NCBI GenBank assembly: GCA_039679325.1
Contig: JBDKVD010000132.1
Location: forward strand, 1-41,221
DNA: 41,221 nt
Reading direction: 5' to 3'
Source of the DNA: Smithella sp.
GTDB lineage: Bacteria > Desulfobacterota > Syntrophia > Syntrophales > Smithellaceae
Numbering within the stretch: the stretch's first letter is position 1; the number at the start of each line of letters is the position of its first letter. A program made the translations under genes and the position numbers. Below are positions 7,525-16,271 of this stretch, piece after piece. The notes below the pieces were generated by a model that did no database searches, was not told where the DNA came from, and was given only the letters and a program-made list of their open reading frames with translations.

Positions 7525-9285
7525 TTAATTATCTTTCTTCTGAGGCAGTTCAGTTCCTCTCTGCTTATATTTGGTATGCAAGAGCTCATGAGATTTATGT
7601 CCCAGAGGTTCTTTCAAGAACTTTTCATAAAGGTTCTTAACAGAAACATTCTCGTGTGACTGGCGCGATTTCTGTACCTGGCCATCATCACGATAGAGGG
7701 CGGCAGAACGCAGCATCCTTATTTCGTTATTTGTCGGGATCGGTTCACCGCCGCCGGCAATGCAGCCTCCCGGACAGCACATGATTTCAATAAAAGCATA
7801 ATCGGCGCTGCCCTCACGGATCTTATCCATAAGTTTGCGGGCATTACCTAATCCATGAGCCACGGCAAATTTCACGTCGCCCAGTGCTCCAACTTTAACC
7901 GTTGCTTCCTTCACTCCTTCTAATCCGCGTACAGGAGTAATATCGAGGCTCGGGAGATTTTCTCCGGTAACGACGGCATAAACGGTGCGCAATGCTGCTT
8001 CCATGACGCCGCCGGTAGCTCCGAAGATAGTGGCGGCACCGGTATATTCGCCCATGGGGGCATCATAATCTTCATCCGCCAGATTGAGAAAATCAATTCC
8101 ACCCTCTTTAATCATGCGGGCAAGTTCTCTGGTTGTCAATACGTAATCCACATCCTGGTAACCGCTGCTGTTCATTTCGGGACGCTGGCATTCAAATTTT
8201 TTCGCCGTGCACGGCATAATCGAGACGGAAACGATGTCTTTGGGATCAATACCGGCTGTTTGGGCGTAATAGGTTTTGGCGAGTGCCCCGAACATCTGCT
8301 GCGGTGATTTACAAGTGGAAAGGTGACCCACTAATTCGGGATAAAAATGTTCGCAGAATTTAATCCAGCCGGGGCTGCACGAGGTTATCATCGGCAGTTT
8401 GCCGCCTTCTTTCACTCTCTTCAGTAATTCGCTTCCTTCCTCCATGATCGTTAAGTCTGCGGTGAAGTTTGTATCGAATACTTTATCAAAACCAAGTCGG
8501 CGTAAAGCTGCAATCATCTTTCCGGTAACCAGAGATCCCGGAGGCATACCGAACTCTTCGCCCAGTGCTGCTCGAATCGCCGGAGCTTCCTGAACGATGA
8601 CATGTTTTGTCGGATCATTGAGAGCTTCCCAGACTGAATTTATATCATCTTTTTCGTATAATGCTCCTACGGGACACGCCATGATGCACTGACCGCAGGC
8701 AACGCAATTGGATTCAATAAGCGGTAGGTCAAAAGCGGGGACAACTTTAACTTTACTGCCGCGATTAGCCGGAGTCAAAACACTGACGGTTTGGATCTGT
8801 TCACAAACCGTCACACAGCGATGGCATTCGATGCACTTGCGGCTGTCCCTCACAATAGAAGGGCTGGAGCGGTCGATCACGCCTTCTTTGGGGAACTCAG
8901 TATAATCAAAGCGAACCTCTCTTAAGCCCACAAATTCGGCGACTTTCTGCAGTTCGCAATTACCGTTGCGTATGCAGAAATTGCATTCCTGGGGATGATT
9001 GGCAAGCAGCAGCTCCACAACCATTTTTCTGGCCATACGAACTTTTTGCGTATTTGTATGGATCACCATACCTTCACTTACGGGAAAAACACAGGCTGCA
9101 ATCAAGCTGCGCTGACCCTCAACCTCCGTCATACAAACCCGGCAGGCACCGGGAGTATGATTCGCTTCCGTCCAGGCACATAAGGTGGGGATTTTAATTC
9201 CATGCTGTTTGGCAGCTTCAAGAATTGTAACGCCCGCCTCTACTTCGACTTCACGATTATCAATTGTCACTTTAACAGTTGACAT
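7525..9285 (-). CDS. hndD: [FeFe]-hydrogenase catalytic subunit (HndD/HydA, M3-type domain layout)
   Basis: N-terminal 2Fe-2S (CAWTEANHTPGACRVC). His/Cys cluster region (HPQECNFCIRNGNCELQ). Two ferredoxin motifs (CIECHRCVTVCE, CVACGQCIMACP). H-cluster motifs TSCSPGW, MPCTAKKFE, EIMCCPGGCIAGGGEP. Confidence 0.95.
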   Translation of the reverse strand: MSTVKVTIDNREVEVEAGVTILEAAKQHGIKIPTLCAWTEANHTPGACRVCMTEVEGQRSLIAACVFPVSEGMVIHTNTQKVRMARKMVVELLLANHPQECNFCIRNGNCELQKVAEFVGLREVRFDYTEFPKEGVIDRSSPSIVRDSRKCIECHRCVTVCEQIQTVSVLTPANRGSKVKVVPAFDLPLIESNCVACGQCIMACPVGALYEKDDINSVWEALNDPTKHVIVQEAPAIRAALGEEFGMPPGSLVTGKMIAALRRLGFDKVFDTNFTADLTIMEEGSELLKRVKEGGKLPMITSCSPGWIKFCEHFYPELVGHLSTCKSPQQMFGALAKTYYAQTAGIDPKDIVSVSIMPCTAKKFECQRPEMNSSGYQDVDYVLTTRELARMIKEGGIDFLNLADEDYDAPMGEYTGAATIFGATGGVMEAALRTVYAVVTGENLPSLDITPVRGLEGVKEATVKVGALGDVKFAVAHGLGNARKLMDKIREGSADYAFIEIMCCPGGCIAGGGEPIPTNNEIRMLRSAALYRDDGQVQKSRQSHENVSVKNLYEKFLKEPLGHKSHELLHTKYKQRGTELPQKKDN

Positions 9286-9309
9286 ATAAACATTCTCCTC
9301 AATTAAATA

Positions 9310-12300
9310 TTAAACAGCGGCATCGCAACGCAGGCAGCGGCAAGCTTCCTTAATAGCGTCTTCAGCGCTGAATCCTAATTCCACTTCCGCAAAACTGACT
9401 TTGCGCAATGCAGCTTCCATTTCCGGCATGGCCATCTGAGGCATTTCTATTGATTCTTCATCAATAACCAGCGGTACATCTATTATTTCCGCAGCAGGTA
9501 TTTCGTATGCAGGTTCACCGTTTGCTGCGCGAATAGCGGCGTCGATATCCTCGCAGGCCTGATGACCGGCGGCAATGGCGGCAATGACTGTATCGGGGCC
9601 GGTTACGGCGTCGCCGCCGGCAAAGTAGCGCTCATTCGGTGTACGTGTTTTATAAACGTTGCCGACAGTGAAATTATCCCACTTGTTAACACCAATGCTT
9701 TGTCCTTCGGCAAAGCTCATATCCGGCACTTGTCCTACGGCTGCGATAACTGCATCAACGTCCAGCGTAAACTCGGAGCCCTCGATAACAACAGGTTTCT
9801 TACGGCCGCTGGAGTCAAAGTCACCCAGTGTCATTCGCTGGCAGGTAATGGAACTGACCTTATCGTCTGTTGCGTTGATTTTCAATGGAGCAACAAGATA
9901 TTCGATCTTGATTCCTTCGTGTTCAGCAGCAATAATTTCTTCTTCAGCTGCAGGCATATCCTGTCTCAAGCGACGATAAAGGATGGTCACTTCCGTACCA
10001 AGACGAAGCGCAACACGCGCGGCGTCAATGGCCGAGTTTCCACCACCGATAACGGCCACTTTCTTGCCTAATTGTTTTTCTCCTTTAAGCCACTTTTCTT
10101 CATCGGCATTGAAGTCACGCAGAAATTCGACTCCTCCGAAAACATTCTTTAAATCTTCTCCGGGTACCTTCATTCTCTGACTCTTGTGGGCGCCGACGGC
10201 AAGATAGATATAATCGAAATCTTTTTCCAACTGGGCAAATGTTATATCGCGCCCCACTCTTGTGTTTAAATTGATTTCTACTCCCAGAGCCTTAATATCA
10301 TCAATTTCCCCATTTAAAATATTGCGGGGCAGACGATAAGCCGGAATACCCCAGCTAAGCATACCACCGGCGAAATTGAGTTCTTCGAAAACTGTTACTT
10401 TGTAACCGCGTACTGCAAGGTCACGGGCGGCGGTAAGTCCTGAAGGACCTGCGCCGACTACGGCGATCTTTTCTTTTCGAGTTACTGCGACGGGCTCAAT
10501 CTTAGGCCGCGGAGCGTTATCGGTAATAAAGCGTTTCAGGAATTTAATTGCCAATGGCTCATCGAGATTGCCGCGGCGGCACTTGGATTGACATTTGTGG
10601 TCGCACACTCTACCGCAAACGGACGGGAAAGGATTGGTTTGCAGTAATATTCTATAAGCATCTTCAAATCTACCCGCTCTGATGAGAGCAATATAAGAAG
10701 GAATATCCATCTCCACCGGGCAGGTATGCTGGCAGGGTGACTTAAAGAGAGCGGAACAAACGGCTGCTGAACAACGGTGATTGTGAATATGATCTTCGTA
10801 TTCATTGCGGAAATACCGGAGCGTGCTCAAAACGGGATTGGGAGCAGTTTGTCCCAGTCCGCATAAAGCCGCGTTTTTAATGACTTCGGCCATTTCTTCC
10901 AGAAGTTCGATGTCTCCTTCTTTTCCCTTGCCCTGCGTAATATTGGTCAAAATGTCCAGCATGCGCTTGGTGCCTTCACGGCAGGGGGTACATTTACCGC
11001 AGGATTCATCCTGGCAGAAATCCATGAAGAAACGCGCCATGTCCACTGCGCACTTGTCTTCATTCATTACGATCAAGCCGCCGGAACCCATGATTGCTCC
11101 CAATTCTGCAACTTTTTCATAGTCAACGGACGCATTGAGGTGCTGAACAGGAATCATACCGCCGGAGGGACCGCCAAGCTGAGCGGCTTTAAATTTCTTT
11201 CCTTTGGGAATGCCGCCGCCGATATCATAAACTATCGTGCCTAATGTGGTTCCCATGGGAACTTCGACGAGACCTACATTGTTTACATCACCGGTCAGGG
11301 CGAAAACTTTTGTTCCCTTGCTCTTATCGGTGCCGATAGATGAATACCACTTGGCGCCGCGCAATATAATCTGACCGACATTGGCCAGAGTTTCCACGTT
11401 ATTCAGGATACTGGGCTTCTGCCACAAACCGGCTACGGCGGGGAAGGGCGGCCGGGGGCGGGGCATGCCTCGTTTGCCTTCAATGGAAGTCATCAATGCT
11501 GTTTCTTCACCGCACACGAATGCGCCGGCTCCCTGATAGATTTCCAGGTGGAAATCAAAGCCGGTACCTAATATGTTTTCACCCAGAAGACCTGCTTCCT
11601 TAGCCTGAGCGATGGCTATAGTTAAACGATGAATTGCCAGAGGATATTCGGCGCGGCAGTATATATATCCCTGGTGGGAGCCGATAGCTTTGGCTGCAAT
11701 TACCATTCCTTCGAGAACTGCATGGGGATCAGCTTCCAATACGCTTCTGTCCATGAAGGCACCGGGGTCTCCTTCATCAGCATTACATAAAACGTATTTA
11801 ATATCGTTTTTGGACTGGGCGGCAAACTTCCATTTCATACCGGTGGGGAATCCTGCACCACCACGGCCACGCAGACCGGAATCCAGCATTTCCTGAACGA
11901 TTTGCTCCGGTGTCATTTCGGTTAATGCTTTGGCCATACCGGCATAACCGTCACGGGCGATATACTCTTCCAGTTTTTCGGGATCGATTAAACCGCGGTT
12001 CCTCAATACGCGCAATTCCTGGAGGGCAAAGAAAGGAATGTCCTGCATTGTAGGAATAATTTCGTCGGTATCCGGTACCCGATATAAAAGACGTTCTAAG
12101 ATTCTTCCCTTGACCAGGTGTTCTTCCACCAGTTCGGGAATGTCGGTTGCTTGGATTGAAACGTATATGATACCCTCCGGATAAACAACTATGATGGGTC
12201 CCAGGGCACAAAAACCATTACATCCGGTTTCCACAACTTTAATTTCACCGGTGAGGCTTCTCTTATCAAGTTCATCTACTAAAGCCTTTTTTACAGCAAG

Positions 12301-12363
12301 ACTGCCGGAAGATTGACAGCCGGTGCCTCCACAAATTAGTAAGTGTGAACGAAAAACTTTCAT
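9310..12363 (-). CDS. hndC: HndC/HydB-like NuoF-type flavoprotein fused to a C-terminal GltD/NfnB-like FAD/NAD(P)H oxidoreductase module (1017 aa)
   Basis: N-terminal thioredoxin-like 2Fe-2S (CGGTGCQSSG...CNGFCALGP). NuoF FMN/NADH site GLRGRGGAGFPTGMKW. N3 cluster ESCGKCTPCREG. Then a GltD Fe-S region CQHTCPVEMDIPSYIALI...NPFPSVCGRVCDHKCQSKCRRG. Two Rossmann motifs: VVGAGPSGLTAARDL and VIGGGNSAIDAAR. Confidence 0.9.
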   Translation of the reverse strand: MKVFRSHLLICGGTGCQSSGSLAVKKALVDELDKRSLTGEIKVVETGCNGFCALGPIIVVYPEGIIYVSIQATDIPELVEEHLVKGRILERLLYRVPDTDEIIPTMQDIPFFALQELRVLRNRGLIDPEKLEEYIARDGYAGMAKALTEMTPEQIVQEMLDSGLRGRGGAGFPTGMKWKFAAQSKNDIKYVLCNADEGDPGAFMDRSVLEADPHAVLEGMVIAAKAIGSHQGYIYCRAEYPLAIHRLTIAIAQAKEAGLLGENILGTGFDFHLEIYQGAGAFVCGEETALMTSIEGKRGMPRPRPPFPAVAGLWQKPSILNNVETLANVGQIILRGAKWYSSIGTDKSKGTKVFALTGDVNNVGLVEVPMGTTLGTIVYDIGGGIPKGKKFKAAQLGGPSGGMIPVQHLNASVDYEKVAELGAIMGSGGLIVMNEDKCAVDMARFFMDFCQDESCGKCTPCREGTKRMLDILTNITQGKGKEGDIELLEEMAEVIKNAALCGLGQTAPNPVLSTLRYFRNEYEDHIHNHRCSAAVCSALFKSPCQHTCPVEMDIPSYIALIRAGRFEDAYRILLQTNPFPSVCGRVCDHKCQSKCRRGNLDEPLAIKFLKRFITDNAPRPKIEPVAVTRKEKIAVVGAGPSGLTAARDLAVRGYKVTVFEELNFAGGMLSWGIPAYRLPRNILNGEIDDIKALGVEINLNTRVGRDITFAQLEKDFDYIYLAVGAHKSQRMKVPGEDLKNVFGGVEFLRDFNADEEKWLKGEKQLGKKVAVIGGGNSAIDAARVALRLGTEVTILYRRLRQDMPAAEEEIIAAEHEGIKIEYLVAPLKINATDDKVSSITCQRMTLGDFDSSGRKKPVVIEGSEFTLDVDAVIAAVGQVPDMSFAEGQSIGVNKWDNFTVGNVYKTRTPNERYFAGGDAVTGPDTVIAAIAAGHQACEDIDAAIRAANGEPAYEIPAAEIIDVPLVIDEESIEMPQMAMPEMEAALRKVSFAEVELGFSAEDAIKEACRCLRCDAAV

Positions 12364-12428
12364 TTAGTCAACATCCTCCTTAAGAAATGATCATGCTCTG
12401 TTATTTGATATGCATGATGACAATAACT

Positions 12429-12812
12429 TTACTTTATTATTTCAGCGCCTCTTGCCAGAACGAAAGGCATTTGAATTTCACCCTCTAAAATGTGCCGTTT
12501 GAATATCTGTCTCATTTTACTGGGATTTACGTATTCGTATTTGATCGGTTCCTGATTTATTATTTCCACCGTGACCAACGGTTCTCGGCTGCAAAGCCCC
12601 ATACAGCCTGATGTTGTCACAAAAACATCGGTAGATTTGGCTTCATCAATTTCCTGGAGTACCGTGTCCAGAACTTCTCTGGCTCCGGAAGCAATACCGC
12701 AGGTTCCCATGTGCACGGTAATTTTTGCTCTGCGTTCGCCATCTCTTAGAGCCATGTCCGCATGTACTTTTTCCTTTATCTTTTTCAGATCATCTATAGT
12801 AATCTTCGCCAT
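12429..12812 (-). CDS. hndB: HndB-like thioredoxin-fold [2Fe-2S] ferredoxin subunit
   Basis: 127 aa with MGTCGIASGAREV...TTSGCMGLCSREPLV. Position between the NuoE-like and NuoF-like genes is as in Hnd operons. Confidence 0.8.
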   Translation of the reverse strand: MAKITIDDLKKIKEKVHADMALRDGERRAKITVHMGTCGIASGAREVLDTVLQEIDEAKSTDVFVTTSGCMGLCSREPLVTVEIINQEPIKYEYVNPSKMRQIFKRHILEGEIQMPFVLARGAEIIK

Positions 12813-12850
12813 CGGCGGTTCCTCCTTAATTATTCTAACTCGTAAAGAAA

Positions 12851-13360
12851 TTATGTGTATTGACTCAATATTTCTTTGACTTTGGCAGGTTTAACCCGTC
12901 CATGCACATTTTCATCGATGACAATTACCGGTCCGAGGCCACAGGCGCCCAGGCAACGCACAGTTTCCAGGGTGAACATCCTGTCCGGGGTAGTCTCACC
13001 TTCATCAATACCAAATTCCTTCTTTAACGTGTCGGATAGTGCCTTTCCGCCGCGAACATAGCAGGCTGTTCCCAGACAGATGCGTACCGTATGTTTGCCT
13101 CGCGGTGTCATGGTAAAGAAAGAGTAAAAAGTAACGACTCCATAAACACGACTCAAGGGCAGATTTAACCCTTCGGCAATCTTTTTTTGCACGGAAATCG
13201 GCAGATATTCCAATGCAACTTGAGCTTCTTCCAACACCGGGATTAATCCTCCAGGTTTCCCCTTGTACCTTGCAATAATTGCATTGAGCTGGTTTACCTG
13301 TTCGGGTGCAAACTCTTTCAAAAGTTCAGTATCTTCCGCTTTCATCCAATCCCTCCTCAA
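12851..13360 (-). CDS. hndA: HndA/HydC, NuoE-like [2Fe-2S] subunit
   Basis: CLGTACYVRG...VRCLGACGLGPV four-Cys NuoE pattern; 169 aa. Confidence 0.9.
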   Translation of the reverse strand: MRRDWMKAEDTELLKEFAPEQVNQLNAIIARYKGKPGGLIPVLEEAQVALEYLPISVQKKIAEGLNLPLSRVYGVVTFYSFFTMTPRGKHTVRICLGTACYVRGGKALSDTLKKEFGIDEGETTPDRMFTLETVRCLGACGLGPVIVIDENVHGRVKPAKVKEILSQYT

Positions 13361-13370
13361 TATATTTCAT

Positions 13371-13940
13371 TTAGGCTTCTATTTTAATTTCGCGAAGTCC
13401 TTCTTCAATAACATCCCGGATGTACTTTATAATCTCGGGATGATAAATTGGTATATCTTCAATTTCATTACGTATTAGTCGCGTGTCCAGTTTGAAGTGC
13501 CGGTCATTATGCCTGTGGTCGTAAACAAAATCAACGTCTGAATTCGTGGCTATGAGACTGACTAATGTAGACGAAATGTTGCCCAATGGCTGCCTGTCTA
13601 TATGGTCCAGACGAAATGTCGCTGTGACTTTTGTTCCTTTACCGGCTTCTGAATGTAAATCCAGTCGACCGCCCGACATCTGGGCGGCATCCGTTAACAG
13701 AGGCAGTCCCAAACCGACGCGCCGCACATCTTTTGTTGTATAAAATGGATCCAGAGCCTTTTTTATTTCTTCTCCTTTCATTCCACATCCGTCATCTCTT
13801 ATTTCGATAGTCAGCAGATTCCTGTCTGAATCTTCAATGACGGAGATGCCGATTAATTTCGCGCCGGCCCGGATGGAATTTTCTGCAATATCGAGTATGT
13901 TCTGAGCGAGTTCAAGCATTTTATTCCAATTCCAAATCAA
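13371..13940 (-). CDS. Stand-alone GHKL/HATPase_c ATP-binding protein (no DHp/H-box)
   Basis: N-box AENSIRAG, DDGCGM, GLGLPL, GKGTKV. The track start is TTG (13940); the ATG at 13919 (MLELAQNILD) is more typical. Confidence 0.75.
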   Translation of the reverse strand: MIWNWNKMLELAQNILDIAENSIRAGAKLIGISVIEDSDRNLLTIEIRDDGCGMKGEEIKKALDPFYTTKDVRRVGLGLPLLTDAAQMSGGRLDLHSEAGKGTKVTATFRLDHIDRQPLGNISSTLVSLIATNSDVDFVYDHRHNDRHFKLDTRLIRNEIEDIPIYHPEIIKYIRDVIEEGLREIKIEA

Positions 13941-14045
13941 GCGCTACCTTTGTTGGCGTCGTCGTCGGCTTCCTCAACGTATGCATAATACGCCTCGTCG
14001 CCTCCTCCTAGCCGCCGCGGTATCATCTATGATTTGGAAATGGAA

Positions 14046-14783
14046 TTACTCCAAAACATAGCGGCCATTTTGTCCGGCAAAGGCCATTTTCAATTCGGCA
14101 ACTGATAGCTCTTGTATAATAATTTTCGTTCTCGCCTTGCCGATGTCTTTTAAGAAATGAGCATCCGAAGAAGTTATAAAAGAATAATTGCTCAATTCCT
14201 GATATTTTATTCTCGCCTTTTCAATTCCGGTTAATGGCGTTACTTCCAGGGCGTCAAATTTTACCTTTTCATCGATAAAGCCCAGCTGACTCAAAACGCT
14301 GAAGCTTTCTCGGTCGATATGAGCCGCTATGGCCAACCCTTCAAACTCATGAATGTGGCTTATTAATTTATCCAATGATAAATCGGTTGCCCCAATCAAT
14401 AATTTATCATTTAGACCTTCTACTTCGCCAATTTCATTAACGATTGCCTGGACACCGAAAAGTGCTTCATCGTTTTCTCCGTCAAGATGCTGATAAACCA
14501 GCTCTTGAAGCCGGGCCAGATTATCAAGCGAATCAAAAATTGCGAGTATGTGTACTTCTTCGCTTGTTGTGACCTCCATGCCCGGCAGGATATTCAAATT
14601 TTTGCCCCGGGCTGCATTCATTACGAATGGAACATTTTCCGAGGAATTATGATCGCAGATAGCTGCAACATCAAGCTTCGCTTCCAGTATTTTTCCCACT
14701 AATGCTTGGGGATGCATATCCAGGTCGGCACAAGGTGAGAGGCAGGTGTGAATATGAAAATCACAATTGAAAGTTTTAAGCAT
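14046..14783 (-). CDS. PHP-domain metal-dependent phosphoesterase
   Basis: DFHIHTCLSPCADLDM...AICDHNS...AHIDR...SSDAH, a His/Asp pattern of the PHP superfamily. Confidence 0.8.
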   Translation of the reverse strand: MLKTFNCDFHIHTCLSPCADLDMHPQALVGKILEAKLDVAAICDHNSSENVPFVMNAARGKNLNILPGMEVTTSEEVHILAIFDSLDNLARLQELVYQHLDGENDEALFGVQAIVNEIGEVEGLNDKLLIGATDLSLDKLISHIHEFEGLAIAAHIDRESFSVLSQLGFIDEKVKFDALEVTPLTGIEKARIKYQELSNYSFITSSDAHFLKDIGKARTKIIIQELSVAELKMAFAGQNGRYVLE

Positions 14784-14839
14784 CGTCTTTTGCCGGAAAA
14801 ATTACCGGGAATTATTGTCGTTATAACCGTAACCGAAAA

Positions 14840-15181
14840 TCAATCTTTTTTTGCCAGAAGGTTATATACCTTGGCTGATAATTCAAATGCACTCAAATCC
14901 GAAATCATAATCGGAATATTTTCCCTGGCGGCTTTTTCCAGAGTGTCATTTGCCGGTTCGCAGGAATTGACTAAGATAATGCCTGCATGATCTTTAAGGC
15001 TGGCGACAGCGACAATATTCTGGTGCACTTGTCTGGTTATCCAGATATCTCCTTCACGTGAATTGGCCATAACATCGCTTAATAAGTCTCCTGTGTAACC
15101 TCCAGAAACATTTTTTTTAAGGTTAGCTTCCGCAGATCTTACCTTTAAATTTAAAGCTTTAATTATCTCTTCAATATTCAC
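14840..15181 (-). CDS. DRTGG-domain protein
   Basis: 113 aa; GDLLSDVMANSREGDIWITRQVHQNIVAVA... resembles the small DRTGG proteins that accompany hydABC operons. Confidence 0.7.
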   Translation of the reverse strand: MNIEEIIKALNLKVRSAEANLKKNVSGGYTGDLLSDVMANSREGDIWITRQVHQNIVAVASLKDHAGIILVNSCEPANDTLEKAARENIPIMISDLSAFELSAKVYNLLAKKD

Positions 15182-15200
15182 AATATAACCCTTAGGAACC

Positions 15201-15662
15201 TTAATGTGTCTTAATTACCATTCTCAAGGAAGTCCCTTTGCCGATTTCTGAAGAAAGATCAAACTGATCAGAATAATTTTTAATATTACATAGTCCCATA
15301 CCGGCGCCGAAACCCATTTCTCTTATTTTGTTGTCGGCTGTGGAATAACCCTCCTGCATGGCAAGTTCAATATTGGGTATCCCCGGGCCTTCATCAATTG
15401 CCTCTATCTGTATAACATCAGTAAATACGGTTAGTTTTATTACTCCCTTTCTGGCATAGGAAACAATATTAATTTCCGATTCGTAAGAAACAAGGGCGGT
15501 TTTTCTTACTATGTCATTGGGAAAATCCATTTGTTTGAGGATGGATTTTATACTTGTCGATACTATTCCGGCGTAACTAAAATTGCCGCCTTCCACATAA
15601 AAACTGCGCTGATATGGTATATCCTCAGTTGCTTCTAATGTCATCATTTTCCAAACTACCAA
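15201..15662 (-). CDS. RsbW/SpoIIAB-like anti-sigma-factor-type serine kinase (HATPase_c)
   Basis: EAIDEGPGIPNIELAMQEGYST...GFGAGMGLCNIKNYSD...GKGTSL. Confidence 0.75.
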   Translation of the reverse strand: MVVWKMMTLEATEDIPYQRSFYVEGGNFSYAGIVSTSIKSILKQMDFPNDIVRKTALVSYESEINIVSYARKGVIKLTVFTDVIQIEAIDEGPGIPNIELAMQEGYSTADNKIREMGFGAGMGLCNIKNYSDQFDLSSEIGKGTSLRMVIKTH

Positions 15663-15993
15663 CTATCCCCTTTGTGTAAAGCCGCCCCGCCGTGTCAAAG
15701 AGTATATATTTAGTTGTCAAAATAGGTATTTTTAATTCTTTAGCTAATTTAATGGCTTCAGGAGACGGCTTTTTACCGCGTACAAGGATGATAGCAGCAA
15801 TCTCAATGATGTCTGCAGTTCTTACGACCTGGTCATTGGTGAGACCGGTAAGCAATAGACTGCCCGGTTTTGCAAACGCCAGGACATCACTCATTAAATC
15901 GGCTCCAAAAGCCGTCTTTACCTCCATATCCAACATCTCTTCGCCGACAAGTACTTCTGCATCAAGGATTTCTTTTACGTCGCGTAGCTTCAA
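15625..15993 (-). CDS. DRTGG-domain protein
   Basis: 122 aa; GADLMSDVLAFAKPGSLLLTGLTNDQVVRTADI...; paralogous to 14840-15181. First gene of the cluster. Confidence 0.7.
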   Translation of the reverse strand: MKLRDVKEILDAEVLVGEEMLDMEVKTAFGADLMSDVLAFAKPGSLLLTGLTNDQVVRTADIIEIAAIILVRGKKPSPEAIKLAKELKIPILTTKYILFDTAGRLYTKGIVGSLENDDIRSN

Positions 15994-16271
15994 AAGGTGC
16001 TCCTCTTAGAAAAACAAAACCGACAATTTTTCGAATGCTGAGTATGGTTAATAATATTTTAAGACTATTTATTAGCGTGTTTTGCTATCATAAGGCATTC
16101 TTTTTTGTCAATAAAATTGTATATGAAAATTACAAATAAAACTATGGATTTTTAATAAACAAGGGAACAAATTTGTGCGATTAAAATTAACACAAATGTA
16201 TATTGCCGGACGGCAAATGTGATTGCTCCTGTAAGTAGCGGTCTCGCACTGTAAATTGCCGGAAATTTATC

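Noticed and set aside
7525-9285. HndD as a sensory (HydS-type) hydrogenase
   Set aside because: There is no C-terminal PAS or extra-cluster domain. The full M3-type architecture and the hndABC partners indicate a catalytic subunit.
16173-16195. TTGTG-N13-CACAA inverted repeat as a CRP/FNR-type site upstream of the hydrogenase regulatory cassette
   Set aside because: The half-site spacing does not fit the TGTGA-N6-TCACA or TTGAT-N4-ATCAA geometries, and the region is AT-rich enough for such a match to arise by chance.
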